DNA from: Callorhinchus milii
Taxonomy: Eukaryota
NCBI RefSeq assembly: GCF_018977255.1
Contig: NW_024704743.1
Location: 372,001-436,000, forward strand
DNA length: 64,000 nucleotides
Reading direction: 5' to 3'
Below, one piece after another: positions 27,401 through 41,000 of this stretch; the first letter of the stretch is position 1, and each line of letters opens with the position of its first letter. The position numbers and the translations under genes are program-made. The notes beneath the pieces are model-generated. The model had not been told where the DNA came from, ran no database searches, and saw only the letters and a program-made list of their open reading frames with translations.

Positions 27401-28486
27401 ATCCCTATGTCTCAGCCGCAACACTTTACTGTGAAGCGCTTTGAGACGCCTCAAAGACGCCCTCTCGAGGCGCGATATCCATATCAATCGCAAGGATTGT
27501 CACTGTTTTCTTAGCCTTTTTAACGCCGTCGCCGACACAGCAGTCACCACACTGCGCATTAAATCCTGTGAAGCGCTTTCATGGCACCTCTCCGTGGACT
27601 GTGAGCCAACTCACAAGTCCCCGAGGCAGGGGGCGCGAAGCCCTGGACCTCCCGGCTCAAAAGCGAGAGTGAAACCGACCGAGTCGGGGCTTAAAATATC
27701 CAGTAGGTGGTGCAACTCTACAGGTAAATGGTCTTGTGGTTCCCGGGGACTGAGTTCTTCCCACTCGGCCTCCGTTAACCCTGGCGGTGAGCGTTGGCAC
27801 GACTCAGGGAGGAGGAAGGTCTTCAGGCGTGACCCGAACATGGGGAAGGAAGGGAGGGGCAAGGCGGGGAGATACAGGGAGAGCGTTCCAGTTTCGGGGC
27901 CTGAAAGTGCGCCCCTCCGATGAGTTTCCGGGCGGCTTGGGGGGGTTGTGAGTGTAATCATAGCAATGAGTTTAACGTTACTGGGTACTCCGTGCTGTCA
28001 GATTCTGTGCGTGTGCGCGCGCGCGTGTGTGTGTGTGTGTGTGTGAAAAGCAATTTCATGTGCAATTAATTCCCACTGTTTCCATTGATGTGAAGACAGA
28101 AGTAAATCGCAAACGGTAGAAACACGGGTTGTTGGGGGGGGAATGGGAGGGAGAGGGGCGATGACACGGGCGAGCGAGCCAGCCAGGGAGAAAGGGGGAG
28201 AAAGGGGGGGGGGGCGGCGCGGGGTGACCCCGCGTCCCCCACAAACAGCCGTGGATTGAGTGATCACGTCATTATTTCTGTTTATTTTATTTTTTGGGAG
28301 GGATTATTACCATCCGCCCATCGACTCACAACCGGGTTCCCACCGACCCACTGGTGTGCGTGACTCTAAAGTCTCAAGACCCTCCTCTCTGACAGTGCCC
28401 TCGGCCACCCTCCCACCTCCCGCTTGTCCCCCACCCCTCTCGATACCAGCCCGCAGTGCCTTGACCTGTTAAGAGACGTTCCCCCC

Positions 28487-28511
28487 NNNNNNNNNNNNNN
28501 NNNNNNNNNNN
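28487..28511. other. Assembly gap (25 N), probably hiding the 3' exons of CRHR2
   Basis: N run 1.15 kb downstream (minus strand) of the last visible CRHR2 exon. Confidence 0.95.
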
Positions 28512-29109
28512 CTCGGGTCGCTCTGTAATGGCAGTAATAATAGTAATAACCCTTGAATTTTGTTCCGACGTCTCGGTGCGCTTCGCAGGGTACAGCGTAA
28601 AGGGGAGCGACCGCGTGTTTTGCGGGCGACACGCAGCAGCCAACCGCGCACGGCCACGTGCCCACAAACAGTCAACGCAGGGCCGAGCGGCACTTTTTTG
28701 GAGCTCGGCGGTCCGAGCGCTCGCCTGGCGGGCGGGGGGGCCTGGGTTCGATTCCCCCCGGCCGGGGCGAAATGTTGGGTAGGTTTCCTCGCTCCGCTGC
28801 GCCCGCAGAACATATCCCGTGAAGCGCTTTAAGACGTCTCGAAGACCTGATAAGGCGCCGGGTCAAATGCGAGGGTTATTATCATGTTATCTATTACGCG
28901 CAGCTTCGCTCCAGCGGGGGGAGCGAGCACTAAAGTACGAGGACAAAGGCTGAGCGGCCTCTTCGCTGACCCCGCAAACTCGCTCTGATTTCTCGGATAT
29001 TTAGGATTTTGGGGCGTAAGTCGCTTATTACCCTTTCGACTTGAAAGAATTGCAACAACTTCCATCAGCCCGTTCATGCGTCTCTGCCCATCCCGAGGCA
29101 AACTGTTTT

Positions 29110-29145
<36 letters not shown>

Positions 29146-29283
29146 AGATGCGATGTGACCTATTTTCTGGGAAGGCATTTGTCAGATGGATTCTTAAAGA
29201 GCGGCGAGAGGGATTTGTAACTGACACGGCCCGGCTGCTGTGTGCAGCATCACCTCCAACCGCAGTGCCTCTGGCTGAGCGCA

Positions 29284-29331
<48 letters not shown>

Positions 29332-29666
29332 CCTTGCATTTGACACAGCGCCCTATCACCGTCCTCAAAGCGCTTCACGGGACACGCTGCAAAGCGCAGT
29401 GGCTGTATGTTTTGTGGGCGAAACGCGGCAGCGGATTGCGGACAGCGGCGTTCCCCCCCACCCCCCCCCACCACCACAAACTGAACTACAGGGCTCCATA
29501 ACTTATTATGTTACAGTAAACCTCACGTAAGTCGTATCAGCTGGGACCGTACGACTTTTAACATGGTATTTAATGTGACTTATGCGAGGTCTGAGCTTAC
29601 TGGCACGGAATATAAACTCTTGTGACCCGAGAGGGACGTGTTGATCGCAGAGCGAGTGGAACTCAC

Positions 29667-29773
29667 CTCAAGCACAGGAACAGCGTGAAAGCAATGACGA
29701 GCGCTCCGATGGAAATGCAGTGCCCCAGGTAGTTGATGATCAAAACGACCTTGTAGTGGACCTGGTATTTACC
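29667..29773 (-). CDS. CRHR2: CRHR2 TM1 exon
   Basis: [36 protein letters not shown]; donor GTGAGT. Confidence 0.95.
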
Positions 29774-32020
29774 CTGTGGGGGGGGGGGGAGAGGGGGGGG
29801 GGGGGGGGGGAAAAAACACAAAAGCACTTTTAACCCAACAAGAGCGCCAGAGAGAGACGACGGTGTCAAGTGGATCGACGGCGTAACTTGTGGGTGTATC
29901 TCGTCTGCCAATATTTTGAGGGATTGTTACCCCCAGAAAGTGATCCGTCGATCGACTAACGACCTGTTTAGTATCAGGTAAACAGAGGCGTGTGGAGTAA
30001 GGCGACTTGCCCAAGGTTTCTCCCCGCCCGGGGATCGAACCCGGGTCCTCTCGCTTGCGAGGCGAGCGCTCTGACCGGGACTCCGCCTGACGTAAGGTAC
30101 ACTTTCGGGGATACCCACGAGGTCCCCGGACTGCGAGCTTCAAGTCCCCAACATCGGGCTTTGAACCCACAACCTTCTTGGCCGGGACGCGAGATGGACA
30201 GCTACGCTAAGCAGCAATCTTTTGTCAAGCACTTTAAAAATGTCTGGCGGTTGTAAGCGAAGGATAAATCATTAGTTATTTATCGGGCTTCGGTCTATTT
30301 TAGTCCGCAGCCGAATGAAAGGTTTTCCATTCACCACACCAGTGTTATTCATCCCATCACATGTCTCATTTTACTCCCCCTTCCCCCCTTCCCCCCCCAC
30401 CCCCACCCACCCCATCGCCCTCAATCATACAGAGTCCTGTAGCTCAGTGATTAGAGCCTTCGCCTCGCAAGCGAGAGACCTGGGTTCGATTCCCGGTCAG
30501 GGCGAAAGTTAGACAAGTCTCCCTTACCCCCCCCCCCCCCCACACACGCGCGCGCGCGCGCCTCTGTTTACCCGGCTGGACGCGATTCGCCCGCAAAACG
30601 CGCACACGATTCACTTTCCAGGACATCCCGCGGAGGGTTTTTAGACGTTTCCGACGTCGTGATAAGGCAAACGCACGGAATATCATTATTATTATTATTA
30701 TTATTATTATTAACGTCTCATCCGTAGAATGGAGGCAATGCAATGCAGCGTCCGGGTTTGGGTTTCGAGCGGAGGAGCGGAGGAGACTCTGATGCCAGAT
30801 GGAGAGGGGGTAGATTGGGAGACAGCCTTGTTTCAGAGAGGGGGGGGGGCGGGGGGGGGGGGGCACAAGGCTGTGTCAGGTTCGCTGCGGGCGGAAGGTG
30901 TCGAGAGGGAGAAGGGGCCCAAGGAGGAGAGAGCGTTCGTTGTGGGACTCGTGGGAGGGTGGGTGGGGGGGGGTGTAGGAGAAGGCGCGGTCGAAGAGGA
31001 AAGGATCCCCACCACCCCCTCCTCCTCCCCCCTTATACCAGGGGGTGCATGGGAGAAAGATGGTGGAGGGCTTGGAAGAGGGGAGCGGTTGGGGGGTGTG
31101 TGTGGGAGGCGAGGAAGATGAGGACACGGGCGTTTGTCAAGTCTGTTTAATCAGCCATTACCGGCTCTGTGCGCGAGCATTTCACTGACGTTAATGGAAG
31201 AAAACCACTTGAGCATATTAGGAATATTTTATACCTCGACAGCTCTGCAGCATTGTGCCCGAGTGGGATCTACACACACACACTGTGTCGGAGAGACTGT
31301 GCCCACAAGCGCTAACCACAATCATCACAACAATCCCTGCATTTGGCACCGCGCCTTATCCCGTCGTCGAGACGTCTCAAAGCGCTTCACTGCAAAGCAA
31401 ACCGACTCTGCGCGCCTTGCGGGCGAAACGCGGCGGCCCACCGCGCCCGGCGGCGTCTCCACAAACAGCCGCGGATCGAGAGGTTACACCATTGTTATTT
31501 TTATTTGAATTATTACCCCCCCACTCCCTCCCCCCCCCCCCCCCCAGATCCCGCCAATCGACTAACACAGCTTCACAGCCCAGAGCAGATCCGAATGGTC
31601 ATCATCTCTCATCGGTATTCATTCCCCCGTTGCAACAACAACAACGACGACGACAACAAATTGGGAGTTCCTTGAGGAGGGAGCGGGCAAGGATGATGAC
31701 AGACCCAACATCTTGAAATCCCTGAGGGGGTGCAGTTTGAACCCACCAGAACAATACGGCACCCTTCACGCAGGGCAGGGTCTCGGAGGGCTCAGCCTTC
31801 TGGCCGGCAAACAGACGGAGAAGAATGGTGACACTGTTCATCAAGTAAGTTGCTTCATTGAAAACCACAATTTTACAAGTCTTTGATCGACTCTCGGAGT
31901 AAGGCCAATCGCTCTCTGATATGGCCTCGATATGACCCCCCCCCCCAATCCAGCCCAGCCTCCAGTCATGGTACATATTGGCTCTTCGACCCCTCGTGCC
32001 CGCGTCTCCGCTAAAGAGAG

Positions 32021-32055
<35 letters not shown>

Positions 32056-35000
32056 TCTCCTACGTGATGAGGAGCTGTATCAAATGATTATTGTTTTCGT
32101 AAATGTGGTCTCCGAATCTGCCTGATCCAAAAAAAAACATCTCCCCGATAGTTTTTGAGGACCTCTGTCAGGACTCCTCTCTCTCCCTCCCCTGAACAGC
32201 CCCGGGTTCTCCAGTCTGTCCTCGTTTCTCTCAGCCCGACAGTCATCCTCGTGAACCTCCTCTCTCTCCGCGGACTTCATGTCCTTTCTTAAAGTGGAGC
32301 AATCAGAACTGGACACGATGACCCAATTTCTCTCTCCCACCCCCCCCCACCTCCCCCCCGACGTCCAAAATTTTCAGCGCATTCAAATCCTGCTGACAGT
32401 CACAAATAGTTTGATTAAAGAAGACCCTTTGGCTCATCTGATCTCCTCCCTCCAGAACCCCCGCCCTACCCGCTCCCCCATCACAGCATCGAGCAGCGGT
32501 TCAAACAGGTCCCAGTGTCTTGGCCTCAAGTCAATTTATGTTATATCCTGTGAAGCGTTTCGAGACATCTCGAAGACGTGATGAGGTGCGGTGTCGGATG
32601 CAAAGTTTATTATATTATTACTATCGAGAGAGAACGAAGGGAGAGGGAGGGGTGGAGGAAGAAGATAAGGGAGAGGCAGAACAGCGAGTGAGTGAGTGAG
32701 TGAGTGAGTGAATGAGTGAGTGAGTGAGTGAGTGAGGGAGTGAGTGAGTGAGTGAAGGAGGGAGGGAGGGAGGGTGGGAGGGGATGGAAGATGTGGAGCG
32801 GGAAGAAGGGAAGGTGAGAGAGGGAGGGAGATTGATGGAGAGGGTGGGAGAGAGATGGAGAGGGAGGGAGGAGGGATGGAGAGGGAGGGAGAGGGAGGGA
32901 GACAGAGGGAGAGGAATGGAGAGTGATGGAGAGGGAGGGAGATAGAGGGAGAGGAATGGAGAGGGAGGGAGAGGGAAGGAGGGAGGAAGGGAGGGAGAGA
33001 GGGAGGGAGGGAGAGAGGGAGGGAGGGAGGGAGGGAGGGAGAGAGAGGGGGAGGGAGAGTGATGGAGAGGGAGGGAGAGTGATGGAGAGGGATGGAGAGG
33101 GATGGAGAGAGAGGGAGAATGATGGAAAGGGAGAGGGAGTGATGGAGAGGGAGGGAGAGGGACGGAATAGAAGAGATGCGAAACGAGAGAAGTAAGACTG
33201 CTCATTAACAAAAGCAGTAATTTGGTTGTCCGTTGACGTCGCAAACACTTGTGGGATGAAATAATTACAGCTTTACAGAGCTGCTTTCCCAGGAGCGACC
33301 ATGAGGTAGAACTCCTTCCCTTCCCTTCCCTTCTCCGCAGGTCCAACAACTTGGAATTTTCTCGAGAATGTCTTCCGATTGCCGAAGATTTGGAACTCTC
33401 TCCCCATAGCCCTCATCAACCCCACTCCCCACTCCCCCCCCTCCCCACCCCCGTCCCACCTCCTTCCCCTCCTTCCCCCCTTTTAGACTGAACGCCTTCC
33501 ACCTCAACGCAGTAATAATCCCTCCAATAGTCCTCCCATTTGACACAGCGCCTCTCATCGGGTCTTCGAGACGTCTCAAAAGCGCTTCGCACAACAGTCT
33601 GTAAAGTGCAGCGGCTGCGGATTTTGTGGGCGACGGCAGCCGATTGCGCCCACACCCCCCACCAACACCCCCCCCACCACCACCCCACCCCGCCCCCCCC
33701 CACCTCCGTCGGGTACCACTTCACCGAGCGAGCGTTACCCTGGCAACCGCCTCGCGCGCGTTCAGCACTGATCAAAATGTCGCAACCGTGGCAACGAGGT
33801 AACCAATCGGTTGGCCAGACTCTCGACTCCGAGTCAGGGGACCACGGGTTCAAACCCCCACCGCACCCCATCCCACCCCACCTCACCCCCAACTCACGTC
33901 CGGGGGGCTTTTGAAGCTCGTAGTCAAGGGCGACCGCTCCAGCAGAGTGCTGGGGTAGGGTGGGGGGTGGGTGGGGTGGGGGGGGGTTGGGGTGGGGGGA
34001 GAGTCCATATTGTCGGATGAAAGATTAAACCTCACTCCCCATCTATGCCCTGTACAGGTGGACGTTAAAGATGTCTTGTGGCTCTGTCGGGGAAAGAGTT
34101 TCTACTCTGGTGTCCTGATCGACAATCCCACCACCACCACCACTACCATCACCACCACCACCACCACCACCATCACCACCACCACCACCACCATCACCAC
34201 CACCACCACCACCACCACCACCACCACCACCACCACCCCCACCACCACCACCCCCACCCCCACCACCACCATCACCACCACCATCACCACCACCATCACC
34301 ATCACCACCACACACCATCACCACCACCCCCACCATCACACCATCACCACCACCATCACCACCACCACCATCACCACCATCACCACCATACCACCACCTC
34401 ACCACCATCACCATCACCACCACCACCATCACCACCCACCACCATCACCACCACCATCACCACCACCACCATCACCATCACCACATCACCACACCACCAC
34501 CACCACCATCACCACCACCACCAACCACCACCATCACCATCACCACCACCACCATCACCACCACCACCATCACCATCACCACCACCACCATCACCCACCA
34601 CCACCACCATCACCACCACCACACCACCACCACCATCACCATCACCACCACCACCACCACCACCACCACCACCACCACCCACCATCACCACACCACCACC
34701 ACCACCACCACATCACCACCACCATCACCACCATCACCACCCACCACACCACCACCACCACCACCATCACCACCACCACCACCATCACCACCACCACCAT
34801 CACCATCACACCATCACCATCAACACCACCACCATCACCATCATGACCATCACCACCATCACCACCATCACCACCACCACCACGGACAAACATCAATTAC
34901 CCTCTCGCTCGCGCCCGTTTGAGGGGCAAATTGCCGTGCAATACGTTTCCCGAACAAAATACATCTGACGGCGTTTTTCTGTAAAGCACTTTGAGATTTT

Positions 35001-38000
35001 TAAGGACGATTTCTAATAATAATAATAATCCTCGCATTTGATATAGCGCTTTTCACGTCGGGAGGACGTCCCAAAGCGCTTCACAGAACCCACTGCAAAG
35101 TGAATTGACTGTATATTTGTGTGCGCAGCAATGTCCCACAAACAGTCGTGGGTTGAAAATGACCAATTTATTATTGTTTTTGGTTTTGATTCTGAGGCAG
35201 CGTCAAGGATTAATTAAGATTATAAAAATGAATTAGCTTCTGGGCCCGCGCGGCTCTCTCTCTGCCTCGCGTATAATACGTGCTAAATCCTGTTCGGCCT
35301 CCCCGCTGTGTAGTCCTCCCAGACAAAGGCGAAATAATCGGGCGTGAAGGGCACAGTGTAAATGCTAATTGGAGTCCCCGCGGTTGTTAGAGCGCTCGCC
35401 TCTCGAGCGAGAGGACCCGGGTTCGATTCACGGGCGGGGAGAAACCTTAGGGAAGTTTCCTTCCTCCGCACACGCACACACCCACGCGCGCACACACGCG
35501 CACGCACACACACACGCGCGCGCACACACACATACGCCTCTGTTTACCCGGCGGTAAGTAGGAACCCGGTTGTTAAGTCGATTGGCGGATCGCTTTTTTC
35601 CGGGGGTAACAATCCCTTCCAAAAAAAAATCACTCCATTCACGGCCGCGTGTTGGGACGTCGCTGTGCGCAATCGGCTGCCGCGTTCCGCCCCCAAAACG
35701 TGCAGTCGATTCACTCGACAGCGTATCCTGCGAAGGGCTTTGAGATGTCTCAACAATGTGATAAGGCGCTGCGTCAAATGCAGGGATTATTATTATTATT
35801 ATTATTAAGTTGTTGCATTTTTACACCTGGAAATCGCCACCAAGGGACCGATTGACTGTCAGACACCCGGCTGACCCCCCCCTCCGCCCCCCACCCACCC
35901 CAACGCCCCCGCCCCCACCCTCAAAATCTCTGCCCGAGCTGCAGTGACTGACCTTCTCTTCCAGAATAGGTTCGCATTGAGAGTAGTTGATTCTGGACGC
36001 CCAGGTCCCATTTTCTACGCATTCCCTGTAGACGCTTCCTGCAAACACACCACACGGGAGGTTCAGCCACTTCACCGCAGAAGAAAGGTTTGCGACCCGC
36101 ACCCGGGGAAAAATAATGGGGTTATTCCTCCCGATATCGCAAAAGATAATGATAATTTGATCACGCGCCTTATCGTGCCGGTGAGAAGTCTCAAAGCGCT
36201 TTGCAGAATACACTGTGAAGTGACTGTGTACGGTGTTTGCAGCCAATAGGGCACACACATCAATTCGGTCCCTCGGTGGTGGATCCAGGGGCCAAATTAT
36301 TATCGTTATCTTTTACTGAAGCGATTATTACCTCCGCCAAACGACTTAACAACCGGGTTGCCGCTTCCTGCCCGGCAAACAGAGTAAGGAAAACTTGCCC
36401 GAGGTTTTGCCCAGCCGGAGACGTCGATGTGAGGCTCCATCCGGGCCGGTTCGGGTGGGCGTTAAAAGCTCTCTCCCCATTGGGAAAGGGAAAGGAGCAA
36501 CCCACAAAACAGATGTCAAGAGTCTTTTTTTTTTACCTGGGGGGGGTGGAAATCGTTGGGTCAGGAGAGAAAAGCGTTCTCCTTGAACACTCCGTAACGC
36601 CCACCTGATCAGGCAGGCGGGGGCTTCAGCTTAACGTCTCATCCGAGGGAAAGCGCCTCCGTTAATGGTAATTCTCCATCCGAGACAAGACGGCTTGTCT
36701 CGATGGCAACTCCGCACCTGGAGACATTAGTCTTACATGAAAGACGCTGTATTAAAAAGCAGGTTGTCTTTTTTTTTTTTTACCGTTGCCGTCCCCTCGT
36801 TCTTCTTTCTTTCTTTCTTTCTTTCCAAGCGGATTGCTCAACGAGTTGAAAGAAATCAACAACAGATGGTCCCACGCTCTCGTTCCCGACAGGAATGGGC
36901 GAGGGTGTGTGAGGGGCACGTGGGGGGGGGGGGGGGGTGGGTGGTGCTGGGGGTAGCCGGGGAAATGATATCAATCCGTACTTTTGGTACGGCGCCTAAT
37001 CACGTTGCGAGATCGTCCCGGAGCGATTCGCAGGGCACCGGAACCGGGCGTTTTGTGGGCAAACCCGGCGGCCGATTCCTACGCGGCAATATCTCACGAA
37101 CAGCCGTGAGTGAGAGAGGAAACTCATCATAATAATAATAATAATAATAATACGTGGATTCGGTATAGCGCCTAACAAGTTTAGACGTCTCAAAGCGCTT
37201 CACAGGATATAATAATAATAATAATAATAATCCTTGCATTTGATATAGCACCTTATCACTTCTTCGAGACGTCTCAAAGCGCTTCACGGGACACACTGTC
37301 AAGTGTAGCGACCGTATGTTTTGTGGGTGAAACGCAAGTGCAAAGATTATTATTAGTAGTAGTAGTAGCAGTAGTATTATTCGGACAAGCTGAGGTGTGA
37401 CGCCTCAACAGCTCATCATGACCCGGAGCTGGAGACGGCACTTTATTTTCTCGCTGCAATTTTCGTCCTTAAATGTCACGGTTAAGTGCCACCGTTCCAT
37501 TACAACCCGGGAGCTCAGTGGGACCCTGAATGTGCCGTTCCTCGGAGGACCCTGAGCCTGGGGCGGTGAAACAGCTTCGCCCCGGCTCGGTTCATCACGT
37601 TCGCGCGGCCCGAAAGCTGAGCGCTGCTGGGCTTTCGGAGGTGCCGGCCTTCGGAAAGAGACGTCGAAACAGTCTGCCCGTACGGGTGGGTGTTATTGGC
37701 GGCGCGCGGGGGGGGGGGGGGGGTGGGGAGGTGGTGAGGTGCGTTGGGTGGGGGGTGGGGGGTAACTGTAACGGCTAAAACCGCGAAGCTTGCGGCCGAG
37801 AGCACTGACTTCCAACGAAACCCATTTAAAGATAAAGGTGATGGGTCCGACTGGGGTGAGGGAGGGCAAAGCTTCCCGTATAATTGCCAGTTAAGGTCCA
37901 CCTGGCTCTCAGCGATAGCGCAGTGAGCAGCCGCAGAGGGCCGGTACACCGGGAGCTGAGAGTCGCAGTGCACATCAACGACCGTTGGAGCCGTCAACGC

Positions 38001-41000
38001 GCACACACACACACACACACTCTCGCACGCGCACACACACACTCGCACGCGCGCGCGCGCACACACCCGCACAGCCTGCGAACAAGAACCATGCCTTGCG
38101 CGCCCACGCGCTAGCGCACAGACGGGGATTAGAGCCTTATTAAGCTGCTCGGGTCCTCACAGTCTCATTACACCCCTCCTCAGCCAACCAGCCTGACAGT
38201 CACCCACAGCCCTCTCTCGACGCCGGCTAATTACCAGGCACCGAAATCCAAAAAAATAATCCTCGGAGCTGCTCCGCAAGTCGGGAGGATGACTTCGAGG
38301 CCCTTCGCGACACGAGCGAATTATTATTTATCTGCTAATCAATCCACGGCCGCTGTTGGCATTCGGCCGCGCGGTCAGTGCGCTTTGCGGCCCGTTCTCC
38401 GAAGGGCTTTGAGGCGTCTCAACGACGCTACGACGTCAAATGCAAGGAATGTTATTATTATCATCGTTATTATGATTGCTACAGATGTCCTCCCGATGCG
38501 AAAGGCGCTGTGCAAACATCTTGTATTGTGTTGGCGAGAGAGAGTTGCCAACTGTGCCAGACTGAAAAGGAGAAGGAACAAAAAAACAAACGGGGGCTGG
38601 AAATTATGCCTTCAGATAAGGGGAATGTGAAATCCTGCCAGAAACCGCTCAGGCACTGAACTATTCTAATAATAATAATAATTAAGAATAATAATAATAA
38701 TAATAATCCTGGCATTTGATTTCACGGACGTCTCAAAAGTGCTTCATACTTCACAGAGTGAAGCACTTTGAGATGTTTAACGTCTCTTCCTTGGGAGGGT
38801 GGAGGGGGTGGGGTGGGGGGGTGGGGGGTGGGGGTTAGGAAGGTGCCTTCGAAGAGGAGGGTCTTGAGATGGGCCTCGAAGGAGGCGAGGGAGGGAGCCC
38901 GGGCTCCCGTCCTGTTGGCGTTCCAAACGCAGGTGAGGGCGGAGAGTCTGAAGGTCCGACCTTCGATGGTGGAGGTGTGGGCAGCGGAGGAGGCCAGAGC
39001 CCGCCGGGCGGAGGGAGCGGACGGGTCGGTAGGGGATCTGGGTGACACGTAACCCCCGGTGACCGCGCTTTGGGGGGCAAATGTGGAAGCCGATGTGTTG
39101 CGTTCTCTCTGCCCGTGTGCGTAGGGGTGTGTGTGGTGTGTGTGTGTGTAGGGGTGTGTGTGGGGTGTGTGTGTGTGTGTGTGCATTTCATAGAGCATCG
39201 TCAGATAATAATAGGCTGAGAATAATCGTTGCGGTCCACCTCCAAACACTGCTGATCGGGTGCTTCAAACCCACAGACCAGTCACTGGGAAGGGGGGGGT
39301 AAGGAATTCCCCCCCCCCCCCCCACCCCCCGACCTCTCCCTGAGCTCCCCCTTCGGAACATATCCCCCAACGCCATTCTTCCCTCCCAAGTCAGCCACCG
39401 AAGCTTCGCAAGGCTCTCAGCCCCATCTGCCGCAGCTCTTCCCGCCTCTCTTAAGCTGCTCCGTGTGCGTCTCTTTGTATTTTTTTCGCCCCCATCCTCT
39501 TCGCAGTTTGCAATGACACTTCGCATCGCGCCTCTCGCGGCCAAAGCCCTCGAACCGCTTCACAGCAATTACCGTCGAGTGCAAACACGTGTCGCTGCTA
39601 CCGTCGGACTGCAAAGAGGTGTCACTCTTCGTATCACGTCTTCGAGACGTCTCAAAGCCCTTCACAAAACCCGGGGTCTCTCTCTCTCTCTCTCTCTCTC
39701 GTTGCCCCCATCACTTCCCGCACTGTCTCCTACTCCCGCTCCTCCCCCTGGTACACCACCCACCTCCGCTCACTGAAATGCCAGGTGCGGGCTGCTGAAC
39801 GCACCTGTGTCAAATCTGGCCTAACGGTCCACCGACAAATCTGGCTGGACCTCCTCAAAATTTACCGCTCCACTCTAGCCTCGGCCAAGTCGTCCTTCTA
39901 CTCCAGGATAATCCTGGAGGCGAAGAACAACCCCAGGCTACTGTTTTCCACCACATCCCGACTCCTCCGTCCCCCCCGCCACCCCGCGCAGGTCATCTCC
40001 TCCAACCTTCACTGCGAGGAGATGCTGGATTTCCTTGAATCCAAGATCAAGGGAATCCGCTCCGCGGTCACTTCCCCTCCAACTTCCACCCACCACCCAC
40101 CCCTTCCCTCCCACACTCCGACTCCTACCCATCCTCCCCTACACACCTTCGTACCCGTTTCCCCACCCTCTGTCACTGAACTCATCCTATCCCTAAAACC
40201 AACCACCTGCTCCCTTGACCCCATCCCCACTCCACTCCTTATCTCCCAGCTCCATTTTCTTGCCCCACACATCACTGACATCATAAACCTGTCCCTCTCC
40301 TCTGGCTCTGTCCCCATTCCATTAAAAACTGCCATCATCACGCCCACCCTGAAAAAACCCTCCCTTGATGCGTCGCAGCTATCAAGCTACCGGCCCATCT
40401 CCAACCTCCCCTTTCTCTCCAAGGTCTTGGAAAGAGTTGTCGCCTCCCAACTGCGCTCTTTCCTCTCCACCCATTCTCTTTTTGAACCCCTTCAGTCAGG
40501 TTTCCGTGCTGCTCATAGCACAGAAACTGCCCTGGTCAAGGTCACCAATGATATCCTGACCATCTGTGACCAGGGCTCCCTCTGTCTCCTCGTCCTCCTC
40601 GACCTATCGGCAGCATTCGATACGGTCGACCACGCTATCCTACTCCACCGCTTGTCCTCCCACCTCAACCTTCAAGGCACTGTCCTTGAATGGTTTAGCT
40701 CTTACCTTTCCCACCGTCTTCACTTCGTCTCAACGAATGGCTTCTCCTCCACCCCCCGTACTGTCTCATGTGGTGTCCCTCAGGGCTCTGTCCTCGGTCC
40801 CCTCCTCTTCACCCTCTATATGCTCCCCCTCGGTGACATCATCCGCAAACATGGGGTTAACTTCCACATGTATGCGGATGACACCCAACTCTACCTTTCC
40901 TCCTCTACTCTCAACTCCACGACCACCGATGTCCTGACAGCCTGCCTGTCCGACATCGAGTCCTGGACGAGAGACAACTTTCTTCAGCTCAACGTGCGAA

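Noticed and set aside
27611..27961. 116-aa minus ORF with a protein-like C-terminus, as a possible CRHR2 or other terminal exon
   Set aside because: It is a composite of an L2 3' fragment (RLKTFLL) and a decayed SINE head (CACTCTCGCTTTTGAGCCGGGAGG..GACTTG); there is no CRHR similarity.
33971..34968. Poly-His/Thr/Pro ORFs
   Set aside because: Translation of a CAC/CAT expansion inside a SINE.
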